From Eledone cirrhosa (taxonomy: Eukaryota): 64,000 bases of DNA. The translations under genes and the position numbers were made by a program. The stretch covers positions 13,950,001-14,014,000 of the forward strand of contig OZ024752.1 in assembly GCA_964016885.1 (NCBI GenBank), given 5' to 3'. Under the pieces are notes generated by a model, which saw only the letters and a program-made list of their open reading frames with translations, did no database searches and was not told the DNA's origin. This document shows positions 26,601 to 41,600 of the stretch, piece by piece (position 1 is the first letter of the stretch; each line of letters opens with the position of its first letter).

Positions 26601-29600
26601 TTCAGACAGCAAAGAAGCGGACATGAAAGGTTAGGTAGGCTGTTCAGACAGCAAAGAAGCGGACATGAAATGTTAGGTAGGCTGTTCAGACAGCAAAGAA
26701 GCGGACATGAAATGTTAGGTAGGCTGTTCAGACAGCAAAGAAGCGGACATGAAATGTTAGGTAGGCTGTTCAGACAGCAAAGAAGCAGCCATGAAAGGTT
26801 AGGTAGGCTGTTCAGACAGCAAAGAAGCAGCCATGAAATGTTAGGTAGGCTGTTCAGACAGCAAAGAAGCGGACATGAAAGGTTAGGTAGGCTGTTCAGA
26901 CAGCAAAGAAGCGGACATGAAAGGTTAGGTAGGCTGTTCAGACAGCAAAGAAGCGGACATGAAATGTTAGGTAGGCTGTTCAGACAGCAAAGAAGCGGAC
27001 ATGAAAGGTTAGGTAGGCTGTTCAGACAGCAAAGAAGCGGACATGAAATGTTAGGTAGGCTGTTCAGACAGCAAAGAAGCAGCCATGAAAGGTTAGGTAG
27101 GCTGTTCAGACAGCAAAGAAGCGGACATGAAAGGTTAGGTAGGCTGTTCAGACAGCAAAGAAGCGGACATGAAAGGTTAGGTAGGCTGTTCAGACAGCAA
27201 AGAAGCGGACATGAAATGTTAGGTAGGCTGTTCAGACAGCAAAGGAGCAGCCATGAAAGGTTAGGTAGGCTGTTCAGACAGCAAAGAAGCAGACATGAAA
27301 GGTTAGGTAGGCTGTTCAGACAGCAAAGAAGCAGCCATGAAAGGTTAGGTAGGCTGTTCAGACAGCAAAGAAGCAGCCATGAAATGTTAGGTAGGCTGTT
27401 CAGACAGCAAAGAAGCGGACATGAAAGGTTAGGTAGGCTGTTCAGACAGCAAAGAAGCGGACATGAAATGTTAGGTAGGCTGTTCAGACAGCAAAGAAGC
27501 GGACATGAAAGGTTAGGTAGGCTGTTCAGACAGCAAAGAAGCGGACATGAAATGTTAGGTAGGCTGTTCAGACAGCAAAGAAGCGGACATGAAATGTTAG
27601 GTAGGCTGTTCAGACAGCAAAGAAGCGGACATGAAATGTTAGGTAGGCTGTTCAGACAGCAAAGAAGCAGCCATGAAAGGTTAGGTAGGCTGTTCAGACA
27701 GCAAAGAAGCGGACATGAAATGTTAGGTAGGCTGTTCAGACAGCAAAGAAGCGGACATGAAATGTTAGGTAGGCTATTCAGACAGCAAAGAAGCGGACAT
27801 GAAATGTTAGGTAGGCTGTTCAGACAGCAAAGAAGCAGCCATGAAAGGTTAGGTAGGCTGTTCAGACAGCAAAGAAGCGGACATGAAATGTTAGGTAGGC
27901 TGTTCAGACAGCAAAGAAGCGGACATGAAATGTTAGGTAGGCTGTTCAGACAGCAAAGAAGCAGCCATGAAAGGTTAGGTAGGCTGTTCAGACAGCAAAG
28001 AAGCGGACATGAAATGTTAGGTAGGCTGTTCAGACAGCAAAGAAGCAGCCATGAAAGGTTAGGTAGGCTATTCAGACAGCAAAGAAGCGGCCATGAAAGG
28101 TTAGGTAGGCTGTTCAGACAGCAAAGAAGCGGACATGAAAGGTTAGGTAGGCTGTTCAGACAGCAAAGAAGCAGCCATGAAAGGTTAGGTAGGCTATTCA
28201 GACAGCAAAGAAGCGGCCATGAAAGGTTAGGTAGGCTGTTCAGACAGCAAAGAAGCGGACATGAAAGGTTAGGTAGGCTGTTCAGACAGCAAAGAAGCAG
28301 CCATGAAAGGTTAGGTAGGCTATTCAGACAGCAAAGAAGCGGCCATGAAAGGTTAGGTAGGCTGTTCAGACAGCAAAGAAGCGGACATGAAAGGTTAGGT
28401 AGGCTGTTCAGACAGCAAAGAAGCAGCCATGAAAGGTTAGGTAGGCTATTCAGACAGCAAAGAAGCGGCCATGAAAGGTTAGGTAGGCTGTTCAGACAGC
28501 AAAGAAGCGGACATGAAAGGTTAGGTAGGCTGTTCAGACAGCAAAGAAGCAGCCATGAAAGGTTAGGTAGGCTATTCAGACAGCAAAGAAGCGGACATGA
28601 AAGGTTAGGTAGGCTGTTCAGACAGCAAAGAAGCGGACATGAAATGTTAGGTAGGCTGTTCAGACAGCAAAGAAGCGGACATGAAAGGTTAGGTAGGCTG
28701 TTCAGACAGCAAAGAAGCGGACATGAAATGTTAGGTAGGCTGTTCAGACAGCAAAGAAGCGGACATGAAAGGTTAGGTAGGCTGTTCAGACAGCAAAGAA
28801 GCGGACATGAAAGGTTAGGTAGGCTGTTCAGACAGCAAAGAAGCGGACATGAAAGGTTAGGTAGGCTGTTCAGACAGCAAAGAAGCGGACATGAAAGGTT
28901 AGGTAGGCTGTTCAGACAGCAAAGAAGCGGACATGAAAGGTTAGGTAGGCTGTTCAGACAGCAAAGAAGCGGACATGAAAGGTTAGGTAGGCTGTTCAGA
29001 CAGCAAAGAAGCGGACATGAAAGGTTAGGTAGGCTGTTCAGACAGCAAAGAAGCGGACATGAAATGTTAGGTAGGCTGTTCAGACAGCAAAGAAGCGGAC
29101 ATGAAAGGTTAGGTAGGCTGTTCAGACAGCAAAGAAGCGGACATGAAATGTTAGGTAGGCTGTTCAGACAGCAAAGAAGCGGACATGAAATGTTAGGTAG
29201 GCTGTTCAGACAGCAAAGAAGCGGACATGAAATGTTAGGTAGGCTGTTCAGACAGCAAAGAAGCAGCCATGAAAGGTTAGGTAGGCTGTTCAGACAGCAA
29301 AGAAGCAGCCATGAAAGGTTAGGTAGGCTGTTCAGACAGCAAAGAAGCAGCCATGAAAGGTTAGGTAGGCTGTTCAGACAGCAAAGAAGCAGCCATGAAA
29401 TGTTAGGTAGGCTGTTCAGACAGCAAAGAAGCGGACATGAAAGGTTAGGTAGGCTGTTCAGACAGCAAAGAAGCGGACATGAAAGGTTAGGTAGGCTGTT
29501 CAGACAGCAAAGAAGCGGACATGAAATGTTAGGTAGGCTGTTCAGACAGCAAAGAAGCGGACATGAAAGGTTAGGTAGGCTGTTCAGACAGCAAAGAAGC

Positions 29601-32600
29601 GGACATGAAATGTTAGGTAGGCTGTTCAGACAGCAAAGAAGCAGCCATGAAAGGTTAGGTAGGCTGTTCAGACAGCAAAGAAGCGGACATGAAAGGTTAG
29701 GTAGGCTGTTCAGACAGCAAAGAAGCGGACATGAAAGGTTAGGTAGGCTGTTCAGACAGCAAAGAAGCGGCCATGAAAGGTTAGGTAGGCTGTTCAGACA
29801 GCAAAGAAGCGGACATGAAAGGTTAGGTAGGCTGTTCAGACAGCAAAGAAGCGGACATGAAAGGTTAGGTAGGCTGTTCAGACAGCAAAGAAGCGGACAT
29901 GAAAGGTTAGGTAGGCTGTTCAGACAGCAAAGAAGCGGACATGAAAGGTTAGGTAGGCTGTTCAGACAGCAAAGAAGCAGCCATGAAAGGTTAGGTAGGC
30001 TGTTCAGACAGCAAAGAAGCGGACATGAAAGGTTAGGTAGGCTGTTCAGACAGCAAAGAAGCAGCCATGAAAGGTTAGGTAGGCTGTTCAGACAGCAAAG
30101 AAGCGGACATGAAAGGTTAGGTAGGCTGTTCAGACAGCAAAGAAGCGGACATGAAAGGTTAGGTAGGCTGTTCAGACAGCAAAGAAGCAGCCATGAAATG
30201 TTAGGTAGGCTGTTCAGACAGCAAAGAAGCGGCCATGAAAGGTTAGGTAGGCTGTTCAGACAGCAAAGAAGCGGACATGAAATGTTAGGTAGGCTGTTCA
30301 GACAGCAAAGAAGCGGACATGAAAGGTTAGGTAGGCTGTTCAGACAGCAAAGAAGCGGACATGAAATGTTAGGTAGGCTGTTCAGACAGCAAAGAAGCGG
30401 ACATGAAAGGTTAGGTAGGCTGTTCAGACAGCAAAGAAGCAGCCATGAAAGGTTAGGTAGGCTATTCAGACAGCAAAGAAGCGGCCATGAAAGGTTAGGT
30501 AGGCTGTTCAGACAGCAAAGAAGCGGACATGAAAGGTTAGGTAGGCTGTTCAGACAGCAAAGAAGCAGCCATGAAAGGTTAGGTAGGCTATTCAGACAGC
30601 AAAGAAGCGGCCATGAAAGGTTAGGTAGGCTGTTCAGACAGCAAAGAAGCGGACATGAAAGGTTAGGTAGGCTGTTCAGACAGCATAGAAGCAGCCATGA
30701 AAGGTTAGGTAGGCTATTCAGACAGCAAAGAAGCGGCCATGAAAGGTTAGGTAGGCTGTTCAGACAGCAAAGAAGCGGACATGAAAGGTTAGGTAGGCTG
30801 TTCAGACAGCAAAGAAGCGGACATGAAAGGTTAGGTAGGCTGTTCAGACAGCAAAGAAGCGGACATGAAAGGTTAGGTAGGCTGTTCAGACAGCAAAGAA
30901 GCAGCCATGAAAGGTTAGGTAGGCTGTTCAGACAGCAAAGAAGCGGACATGAAAGGTTAGGTAGGCTGTTCAGACAGCAAAGAAGCGGACATGAAAGGTT
31001 AGGTAGGCTATTCAGACAGCAAAGAAGCGGCCATGAAAGGTTAGGTAGGCTGTTCAGACAGCAAAGAAGCGGACATGAAAGGTTAGGTAGGCTGTTCAGA
31101 CAGCAAAGAAGCGGACATGAAAGGTTAGGTAGGCTATTCAGACAGCAAAGAAGCGGACATGAAAGGTTAGGTAGGCTGTTCAGACAGCAAAGAAGCGGAC
31201 ATGAAAGGTTAGGTAGGCTGTTCAGACAGCAAAGAAGCGGACATGAAAGGTTAGGTAGGCTGTTCAGACAGCAAAGAAGTGGACATGAAAGGTTAGGTAG
31301 GCTGTTCAGACAGCAAAGAAGCGGACATGAAAGGTTAGGTAGGCTATTCAGACAGCAAAGAAGCGGCCATGAAAGGTTAGGTAGGCTGTTCAGACAGCAA
31401 AGAAGCGGACATGAAAGGTTAGGTAGGCTGTTCAGACAGCAAAGAAGCGGACATGAAAGGTTAGGTAGGCTGTTCAGACAGCAAAGAAGCAGCCATGAAA
31501 GGTTAGGTAGGCTATTCAGACAGCAAAGAAGCGGACATGAAAGGTTAGGTAGGCTGTTCAGACAGCAAAGAAGCGGACATGAAAGGTTAGGTAGGCTGTT
31601 CAGACAGCAAATAAGGAGCCATGAAATGTTAGGTAGGCTGTTCAGACAGCAAAGAAGCGGACATGAAAGGTTAGGTAGGCTGTTCAGACAGCAAAGAAGC
31701 GGACATGAAAGGTTAGGTAGGCTGTTCAGACAGCAAAGAAGCAGCCATGAAAGGTTAGGTAGGCTGTTCAGACAGCAAAGAAGCGGACATGAAAGGTTAG
31801 GTAGGCTATTCAGACAGCAAAGAAGCGGCCATGAAAGGTTAGGTAGGCTGTTCAGACAGCAAAGAAGCGGACATGAAAGGTTAGGTAGGCTGTTCAGACA
31901 GCAAAGAAGCAGCCATGAAAGGTTAGGTAGGCTATTCAGACAGCAAAGAAGCGGACATGAAAGGTTAGGTAGGCTGTTCAGACAGCAAAGAAGCGGACAT
32001 GAAAGGTTAGGTAGGCTGTTCAGACAGCAAATAAGGAGCCATGAAATGTTAGGTAGGCTGTTCAGACAGCAAAGAAGCGGCCATGAAAGGTTAGGTAGGC
32101 TGTTCAGACAGCAAATAAGGAGCCATGAAATGTTAGGTAGGCTGTTCAGACAGCAAAGAAGCGGCCATGAAATGTTAGGTAGGCTGTTCAGACAGCAAAG
32201 AAGCGGCCATGAAAGGTTAGGTAGGCTGTTCAGACAGCAAAGAAGCGGACATGAAAGGTTAGGTAGGCTGTTCAGACAGCAAATAAGGAGCCATGAAATG
32301 TTAGGTAGGCTGTTCAGACAGCAAAGAAGCGGCCATGAAAGGTTAGGTAGGCTGTTCAGACAGCAAATAAGGAGCCATGAAATGTTAGGTAGGCTGTTCA
32401 GACAGCAAAGAAGCGGCCATGAAATGTTAGGTAGGCTGTTCAGACAGCAAAGAAGCGGCCATGAAAGGTTAGGTAGGCTGTTCAGACAGCAAATAAGGAG
32501 CCATGAAATGTTAGGTAGGCTGTTCAGACAGCAAATAAGGAGCCATGAAATGTTAGGTAGGCTGTTCAGACAGCAAATAAGGAGCCATGAAATGTTAGGT

Positions 32601-35600
32601 AGGCTGTTCAGACTGCAAATAAGGAGCCATGAAATGTTAGGTAGGCTGTTCAGACAGCAAAGAAGCGGCCATGAAAGGTTAGGTAGGCTGTTCAGACAGC
32701 AAAGAAGCGGACATGAAAGGTTAGGTAGGCTGTTCAGACAGCAAAGTAGCGGCCATGAAATGTTAGGTAGGCTGTTCAGACAGCAAAGAAGCGGACATGA
32801 AAGGTTAGGTAGGCTGTTCAGACAGCAAAGAAGCAGCCATGAAAGGTTAGGTAGGCTGTTCAGACAGCAAAGAAGCGGCCATGAAATGTTAGGTAGGCTG
32901 TTCAGACAGCAAAGAAGCGGCCATGAAATGTTAGGTAGGCTGTTCAGACAGCAAAGAAGCGGACATGAAAGGTTAGGTAGGCTGTTCAGACAGCAAAGAA
33001 GCGGCCATGAAAGGTTAGGTAGGCTGTTCAGACAGCAAAGTAGCGGCCATGAAATGTTAGGTAGGCTGTTCAGACAGCAAAGAAGCGGACATGAAATGTT
33101 AGGTAGGCTGTTCAGACAGCAAAGAAGCGGACATGAAAGGTTAGGTAGGCTGTTCAGACAGCAAAGAAGCAGCCATGAAAGGTTAGGTAGGCTGTTCAGA
33201 CAGCAAAGTAGCGGCCATGAAATGTTAGGTAGGCTGTTCAGACAGCAAAGAAGCGGACATGAAAGGTTAGGTAGGCTGTTCAGACAGCAAAGAAGCAGCC
33301 ATGAAAGGTTAGGTAGGCTGTTCAGACAGCAAAGAAGCGGCCATGAAATGTTAGGTAGGCTGTTCAGACAGCAAAGAAGCGGCCATGAAATGTTAGGTAG
33401 GCTGTTCAGACAGCAAAGAAGCGGACATGAAAGGTTAGGTAGGCTGTTCAGACAGCAAAGTAGCGGCCATGAAATGTTAGGTAGGCTGTTCAGACAGCAA
33501 AGAAGCGGCCATGAAATGTTAGGTAGGCTGCTCAGACAGCAAAGAAGCGGACATGAAAGGTTAGGTAGGCTGCTCAGACAGCAAAGAAGCGGCCATGAAA
33601 TGTTAGGTAGGCTGTTCAGACAGCAAAGAAGCGGACATGAAAGGTTAGGTAGGCTGCTCAGACAGCAAAGAAGCGGCCATGAAAGGTTAGGTAGGCTGCT
33701 CAGACAGCAAAGAAGCGGCCATGAAAGGTTAGGTAGGCTGTTCAGACAGCAAAGAAGCGGCCATGAAAGGTTAGGTAGGCTGCTCAGACAGCAAAGAAGC
33801 GGCCATGAAATGTTAGGTAGGCTGTTCAGACAGCAAAGAAGCAGCCATGAAAGGTTAGGTAGGCTGTTCAGACAGCAAAGAAGCGGCCATGAAAGGTTAG
33901 GTAGGCTGTTCAGACAGCAAAGAAGCAGCCATGAAATGTTAGGTAGGCTGTTCAGACAGCAAAGAAGCGGCCATGAAATGTTAGGTAGGCTGCTCAGACA
34001 GCAAAGAAGCGGCCATGAAAGGTTAGGTAGGCTGCTCAGACAGCAAAGAAGCGGACATGAAAGGTTAGGTAGGCTGTTCAGACAGCAAAGAAGCAGCCAT
34101 GAAAGGTTAGGTAGGCTATTCAGACAGCAAAGAAGCGGCCATGAAAGGTTAGGTAGGCTGTTCAGACAGCAAAGAAGCGGACATGAAAGGTTAGGTAGGC
34201 TGTTCAGACAGCAAAGAAGCAGCCATGAAAGGTTAGGTAGGCTATTCAGACAGCAAAGAAGCGGACATGAAAGGTTAGGTAGGCTGTTCAGACAGCAAAG
34301 AAGCGGACATGAAATGTTAGGTAGGCTGTTCAGACAGCAAAGAAGCGGACATGAAAGGTTAGGTAGGCTGTTCAGACAGCAAAGAAGCGGACATGAAATG
34401 TTAGGTAGGCTGTTCAGACAGCAAAGAAGCGGACATGAAAGGTTAGGTAGGCTGTTCAGACAGCAAAGAAGCGGACATGAAAGGTTAGGTAGGCTGTTCA
34501 GACAGCAAAGAAGCGGACATGAAAGGTTAGGTAGGCTGTTCAGACAGCAAAGAAGCGGACATGAAAGGTTAGGTAGGCTGTTCAGACAGCAAAGAAGCGG
34601 ACATGAAAGGTTAGGTAGGCTGTTCAGACAGCAAAGAAGCGGACATGAAAGGTTAGGTAGGCTGTTCAGACAGCAAAGAAGCGGACATGAAAGGTTAGGT
34701 AGGCTGTTCAGACAGCAAAGAAGCGGACATGAAATGTTAGGTAGGCTGTTCAGACAGCAAAGAAGCGGACATGAAAGGTTAGGTAGGCTGTTCAGACAGC
34801 AAAGAAGCGGACATGAAATGTTAGGTAGGCTGTTCAGACAGCAAAGAAGCGGACATGAAATGTTAGGTAGGCTGTTCAGACAGCAAAGAAGCGGACATGA
34901 AATGTTAGGTAGGCTGTTCAGACAGCAAAGAAGCAGCCATGAAAGGTTAGGTAGGCTGTTCAGACAGCAAAGAAGCAGCCATGAAAGGTTAGGTAGGCTG
35001 TTCAGACAGCAAAGAAGCAGCCATGAAAGGTTAGGTAGGCTGTTCAGACAGCAAAGAAGCAGCCATGAAATGTTAGGTAGGCTGTTCAGACAGCAAAGAA
35101 GCGGACATGAAAGGTTAGGTAGGCTGTTCAGACAGCAAAGAAGCGGACATGAAAGGTTAGGTAGGCTGTTCAGACAGCAAAGAAGCGGACATGAAATGTT
35201 AGGTAGGCTGTTCAGACAGCAAAGAAGCGGACATGAAAGGTTAGGTAGGCTGTTCAGACAGCAAAGAAGCGGACATGAAATGTTAGGTAGGCTGTTCAGA
35301 CAGCAAAGAAGCAGCCATGAAAGGTTAGGTAGGCTGTTCAGACTGCAAAGAAGCGGACATGAAAGGTTAGGTAGGCTGTTCAGACAGCAAAGAAGCGGAC
35401 ATGAAAGGTTAGGTAGGCTGTTCAGACAGCAAAGAAGCAGCCATGAAAGGTTAGGTAGGCTGTTCAGACAGCAAAGAAGCGGACATGAAAGGTTAGGTAG
35501 GCTGTTCAGACAGCAAAGAAGCGGACATGAAAGGTTAGGTAGGCTGTTCAGACAGCAAAGAAGCGGACATGAAAGGTTAGGTAGGCTGTTCAGACAGCAA

Positions 35601-38600
35601 AGGAGCGGACATGAAAGGTTAGGTAGGCTGTTCAGACAGCAAAGAAGCAGCCATGAAAGGTTAGGTAGGCTGTTCAGACAGCAAAGAAGCGGACATGAAA
35701 GGTTAGGTAGGCTGTTCAGACAGCAAAGAAGCAGCCATGAAAGGTTAGGTAGGCTGTTCAGACAGCAAAGAAGCGGACATGAAAGGTTAGGTAGGCTGTT
35801 CAGACAGCAAAGAAGCGGACATGAAAGGTTAGGTAGGCTGTTCAGACAGCAAAGAAGCAGCCATGAAATGTTAGGTAGGCTGTTCAGACAGCAAAGAAGC
35901 GGCCATGAAAGGTTAGGTAGGCTGTTCAGACAGCAAAGAAGCGGACATGAAATGTTAGGTAGGCTGTTCAGACAGCAAAGAAGCGGACATGAAAGGTTAG
36001 GTAGGCTGTTCAGACAGCAAAGAAGCGGACATGAAATGTTAGGTAGGCTGTTCAGACAGCAAAGAAGCGGACATGAAAGGTTAGGTAGGCTGTTCAGACA
36101 GCAAAGAAGCAGCCATGAAAGGTTAGGTAGGCTATTCAGACAGCAAAGAAGCGGCCATGAAAGGTTAGGTAGGCTGCTCAGACAGCAAAGAAGCGGCCAT
36201 GAAAGGTTAGGTAGGCTATTCAGACAGCAAAGAAGCGGCCATGAAAGGTTAGGTAGGCTGTTCAGACAGCAAAGAAGCGGACATGAAAGGTTAGGTAGGC
36301 TGTTCAGACAGCAAAGAAGCAGCCATGAAAGGTTAGGTAGGCTATTCAGACAGCAAAGAAGCGGCCATGAAAGGTTAGGTAGGCTGTTCAGACAGCAAAG
36401 AAGCGGACATGAAAGGTTAGGTAGGCTGTTCAGACAGCAAAGAAGCAGCCATGAAAGGTTAGGTAGGCTATTCAGACAGCAAAGAAGCGGCCATGAAAGG
36501 TTAGCTAGGCTGTTCAGACAGCAAAGAAGCGGACATGAAAGGTTAGGTAGGCTGTTCAGACAGCAAAGAAGCGGACATGAAAGGTTAGGTAGGCTGTTCA
36601 GACAGCAAAGAAGCGGACATGAAAGGTTAGGTAGGCTGTTCAGACAGCAAAGAAGCAGCCATGAAAGGTTAGGTAGGCTGTTCAGACAGCAAAGAAGCGG
36701 ACATGAAAGGTTAGGTAGGCTGTTCAGACAGCAAAGAAGCGGACATGAAAGGTTAGGTAGGCTGTTCAGACAGCAAAGAAGCGGCCATGAAAGGTTAGGT
36801 AGGCTGTTCAGACAGCAAAGAAGCGGACATGAAAGGTTAGGTAGGCTGTTCAGACAGCAAAGAAGCGGACATGAAAGGTTAGGTAGGCTATTCAGACAGC
36901 AAAGAAGCGGACATGAAAGGTTAGGTAGGCTGTTCAGACAGCAAAGAAGCGGACATGAAAGGTTAGGTAGGCTGTTCAGACAGCAAAGAAGCGGACATGA
37001 AAGGTTAGGTAGGCTGTTCAGACAGCAAAGAAGCGGACATGAAAGGTTAGGTAGGCTGTTCAGACAGCAAAGAAGCGGACATGAAAGGTTAGGTAGGCTA
37101 TTCAGACAGCAAAGAAGCGGCCATGAAAGGTTAGGTAGGCTGTTCAGACAGCAAAGAAGCGGACATGAAAGGTTAGGTAGGCTGTTCAGACAGCAAAGAA
37201 GCGGACATGAAAGGTTAGGTAGGCTGTTCAGACAGCAAAGAAGCAGCCATGAAAGGTTAGGTAGGCTATTCAGACAGCAAATAAGGAGCCATGAAAGGTT
37301 AGGTAGGCTGTTCAGACAGCAAAGAAGCGGACATGAAAGGTTAGGTAGGCTGTTCAGACAGCAAATAAGGAGCCATGAAATGTTAGGTAGGCTGTTCAGA
37401 CAGCAAAGAAGCGGACATGAAAGGTTAGGTAGGCTGTTCAGACAGCAAAGAAGCGGACATGAAAGGTTAGGTAGGCTGTTCAGACAGCAAAGAAGCGGCC
37501 ATGAAAGGTTAGGTAGGCTGTTCAGACAGCAAAGAAGCGGACATGAAAGGTTAGGTAGGCTATTCAGACAGCAAAGAAGCGGCCATGAAAGGTTAGGTAG
37601 GCTGTTCAGACAGCAAAGAAGCGGACATGAAAGGTTAGGTAGGCTGTTCAGACAGCAAAGAAGCAGCCATGAAAGGTTAGGTAGGCTATTCAGACAGCAA
37701 AGAAGCGGACATGAAAGGTTAGGTAGGCTGTTCAGACAGCAAAGAAGCGGACATGAAAGGTTAGGTAGGCTGTTCAGACAGCAAATAAGGAGCCATGAAA
37801 TGTTAGGTAGGCTGTTCAGACAGCAAAGAAGCGGCCATGAAAGGTTAGGTAGGCTGTTCAGACAGCAAATAAGGAGCCATGAAATGTTAGGTAGGCTGTT
37901 CAGACAGCAAAGAAGCGGCCATGAAATGTTAGGTAGGCTGTTCAGACAGCAAAGAAGCGGCCATGAAAGGTTAGGTAGGCTGTTCAGACAGCAAAGAAGC
38001 GGACATGAAAGGTTAGGTAGGCTGTTCAGACAGCAAATAAGGAGCCATGAAATGTTAGGTAGGCTGTTCAGACAGCAAAGAAGCGGCCATGAAAGGTTAG
38101 GTAGGCTGTTCAGACAGCAAATAAGGAGCCATGAAATGTTAGGTAGGCTGTTCAGACAGCAAAGAAGCGGCCATGAAATGTTAGGTAGGCTGTTCAGACA
38201 GCAAAGAAGCGGCCATGAAAGGTTAGGTAGGCTGTTCAGACAGCAAATAAGGAGCCATGAAATGTTAGGTAGGCTGTTCAGACAGCAAATAAGGAGCCAT
38301 GAAATGTTAGGTAGGCTGTTCAGACAGCAAATAAGGAGCCATGAAATGTTAGGTAGGCTGTTCAGACAGCAAATAAGGAGCCATGAAATGTTAGGTAGGC
38401 TGTTCAGACTGCAAATAAGGAGCCATGAAATGTTAGGTAGGCTGTTCAGACAGCAAAGAAGCGGCCATGAAAGGTTAGGTAGGCTGTTCAGACAGCAAAG
38501 AAGCGGACATGAAAGGTTAGGTAGGCTGTTCAGACAGCAAAGTAGCGGCCATGAAATGTTAGGTAGGCTGTTCAGACAGCAAAGAAGCGGACATGAAAGG

Positions 38601-41600
38601 TTAGGTAGGCTGTTCAGACAGCAAAGAAGCAGCCATGAAAGGTTAGGTAGGCTGTTCAGACAGCAAAGAAGCGGCCATGAAATGTTAGGTAGGCTGTTCA
38701 GACAGCAAAGAAGCGGCCATGAAATGTTAGGTAGGCTGTTCAGACAGCAAAGAAGCGGACATGAAAGGTTAGGTAGGCTGTTCAGACAGCAAAGAAGCGG
38801 CCATGAAAGGTTAGGTAGGCTGTTCAGACAGCAAAGTAGCGGCCATGAAATGTTAGGTAGGCTGTTCAGACAGCAAAGAAGCGGACATGAAATGTTAGGT
38901 AGGCTGTTCAGACAGCAAAGAAGCGGACATGAAAGGTTAGGTAGGCTGTTCAGACAGCAAAGAAGCAGCCATGAAAGGTTAGGTAGGCTGTTCAGACAGC
39001 AAAGTAGCGGCCATGAAATGTTAGGTAGGCTGTTCAGACAGCAAAGAAGCGGACATGAAAGGTTAGGTAGGCTGTTCAGACAGCAAAGAAGCAGCCATGA
39101 AAGGTTAGGTAGGCTGTTCAGACAGCAAAGAAGCGGCCATGAAATGTTAGGTAGGCTGTTCAGACAGCAAAGAAGCGGCCATGAAATGTTAGGTAGGCTG
39201 TTCAGACAGCAAAGAAGCGGACATGAAAGGTTAGGTAGGCTGTTCAGACAGCAAAGAAGCGGCCATGAAATGTTAGGTAGGCTGTTCAGACAGCAAAGAA
39301 GCGGCCATGAAATGTTAGGTAGGCTGCTCAGACAGCAAAGAAGCGGACATGAAAGGTTAGGTAGGCTGCTCAGACAGCAAAGAAGCGGCCATGAAATGTT
39401 AGGTAGGCTGCTCAGACAGCAAAGAAGCGGACATGAAAGGTTAGGTAGGCTGCTCAGACAGCAAAGAAGCGGCCATGAAATGTTAGGTAGGCTGTTCAGA
39501 CAGCAAAGAAGCGGCCATGAAAGGTTAGGTAGGCTGCTCAGACAGCAAAGAAGCGGCCATGAAAGGTTAGGTAGGCTGCTCAGACAGCAAAGAAGCGGCC
39601 ATGAAAGGTTAGGTAGGCTGTTCAGACAGCAAAGAAGCGGCCATGAAAGGTTAGGTAGGCTGCTCAGACAGCAAAGAAGCGGCCATGAAATGTTAGGTAG
39701 GCTGTTCAGACAGCAAAGAAGCAGCCATGAAAGGTTAGGTAGGCTGTTCAGACAGCAAAGAAGCGGCCATGAAAGGTTAGGTAGGCTGTTCAGACAGCAA
39801 AGAAGCAGCCATGAAATGTTAGGTAGGCTGTTCAGACAGCAAAGAAGCGGCCATGAAATGTTAGGTAGGCTGCTCAGACAGCAAAGAAGCGGCCATGAAA
39901 GGTTAGGTAGGCTGCTCAGACAGCAAAGAAGCGGCCATGAAATGTTAGGTAGGCTGTTCAGACAGCAAAGAAGCGGCCATGAAATGTTAGGTAGGCTGTT
40001 CAGACAGCAAAGAAGCAGCCATGAAATGTTAGGTAGGCTGTTCAGACAGCAAAGAAGCGGCCATGAAATGTTAGGTAGGCTGTTCAGACAGCAAAGAAGC
40101 GGCCATGAAATGTTAGGTAGGCTGTTCAGACAGCAAAGAAGCAGCCATGAAATGTTAGGTAGGCTGTTCAGACAGCAAAGAAGCAGCCATGAAATGTTAG
40201 GTAGGCTGTTCAGACAGCAAAGAAGCGGCCATGAAATGTTAGGTAGGCTGTTCAGACAGCAAAGAAGCGGCCATGAAATGTTAGGTAGGCTGTTCAGACA
40301 GCAAAGAAGCGGCCATGAAATGTTAGGTAGGCTGTTCAGACAGCAAAGAAGCGGCCATGAAATGTTAGGTAGGCTGTTCAGACAGCAAAGAAGCAGCCAT
40401 GAAATGTTAGGTAGGCTGTTCAGACAGCAAAGAAGCAGCCATGAAATGTTAGGTAGGCTGTTCAGACAGCAAAGAAGCGGCCATGAAATGTTAGGTAGGC
40501 TGTTCAGACAGCAAAGAAGCGGCCATGAAATGTTAGGTAGGCTGTTCAGACAGCAAAGAAGCAGCCATGAAATGTTAGGTAGGCTGTTCAGACAGCAAAG
40601 AAGCAGCCATGAAATGTTAGGTAGGCTGTTCAGACAGCAAAGAAGCGGCCATGAAATGTTAGGTAGGCTGTTCAGACAGCAAAGAAGCGGCCATGAAATG
40701 TTAGGTAGGCTGTTCAGACAGCAAAGAAGCAGCCATGAAATGTTAGGTAGGCTGTTCAGACAGCAAAGAAGCGGCCATGAAATGTTAGGTAGGCTGTTCA
40801 GACAGCAAAGAAGCGGCCATGAAATGTTAGGTAGGCTGTTCAGACAGCAAAGAAGCGGCCATGAAATGTTAGGTAGGCTGTTCAGACAGCAAAGAAGCAG
40901 CCATGAAATGTTAGGTAGGCTGTTCAGACAGCAAAGAAGCGGCCATGAAATGTTAGGTAGGCTGTTCAGACAGCAAAGAAGCGGCCATGAAATGTTAGGT
41001 AGGCTGTTCAGACAGCAAAGAAGCGGCCATGAAATGTTAGGTAGGCTGTTCAGACAGCAAAGAAGCGGCCATGAAATGTTAGGTAGGCTGTTCAGACAGC
41101 AAAGAAGCGGCCATGAAATGTTAGGTAGGCTGTTCAGACAGCAAAGAAGCGGCCATGAAATGTTAGGTAGGCTGTTCAGACAGCAAAGAAGCGGCCATGA
41201 AATGTTAGGTAGGCTGTTCAGACAGCAAAGAAGCGGCCATGAAATGTTAGGTAGGCTGTTCAGACAGCAAAGAAGCGGCCATGAAATGTTAGGTAGGCTG
41301 TTCAGACAGCAAAGAAGCGGCCATGAAATGTTAGGTAGGCTGTTCAGACAGCAAAGAAGCTGCCATGAAATGTTAGGTAGGCTGTTCAGACAGCAAAGAA
41401 GCAGCCATGAAATGTTAGGTAGGCTGTTGAGACAGCAAATAAGGAGCCATGAAATGTTAGGTAGGCTGTTCAGACAGCAAAGAAGCGGCCATGAAATGTT
41501 AGGTAGGCTGCTCAGACAGCAAAGAAGCGGCCATGAAAGGTTAGGTAGGCTGTTCAGACAGCAAAGAAGCGGCCATGAAATGTTAGGTAGGCTGCTCAGA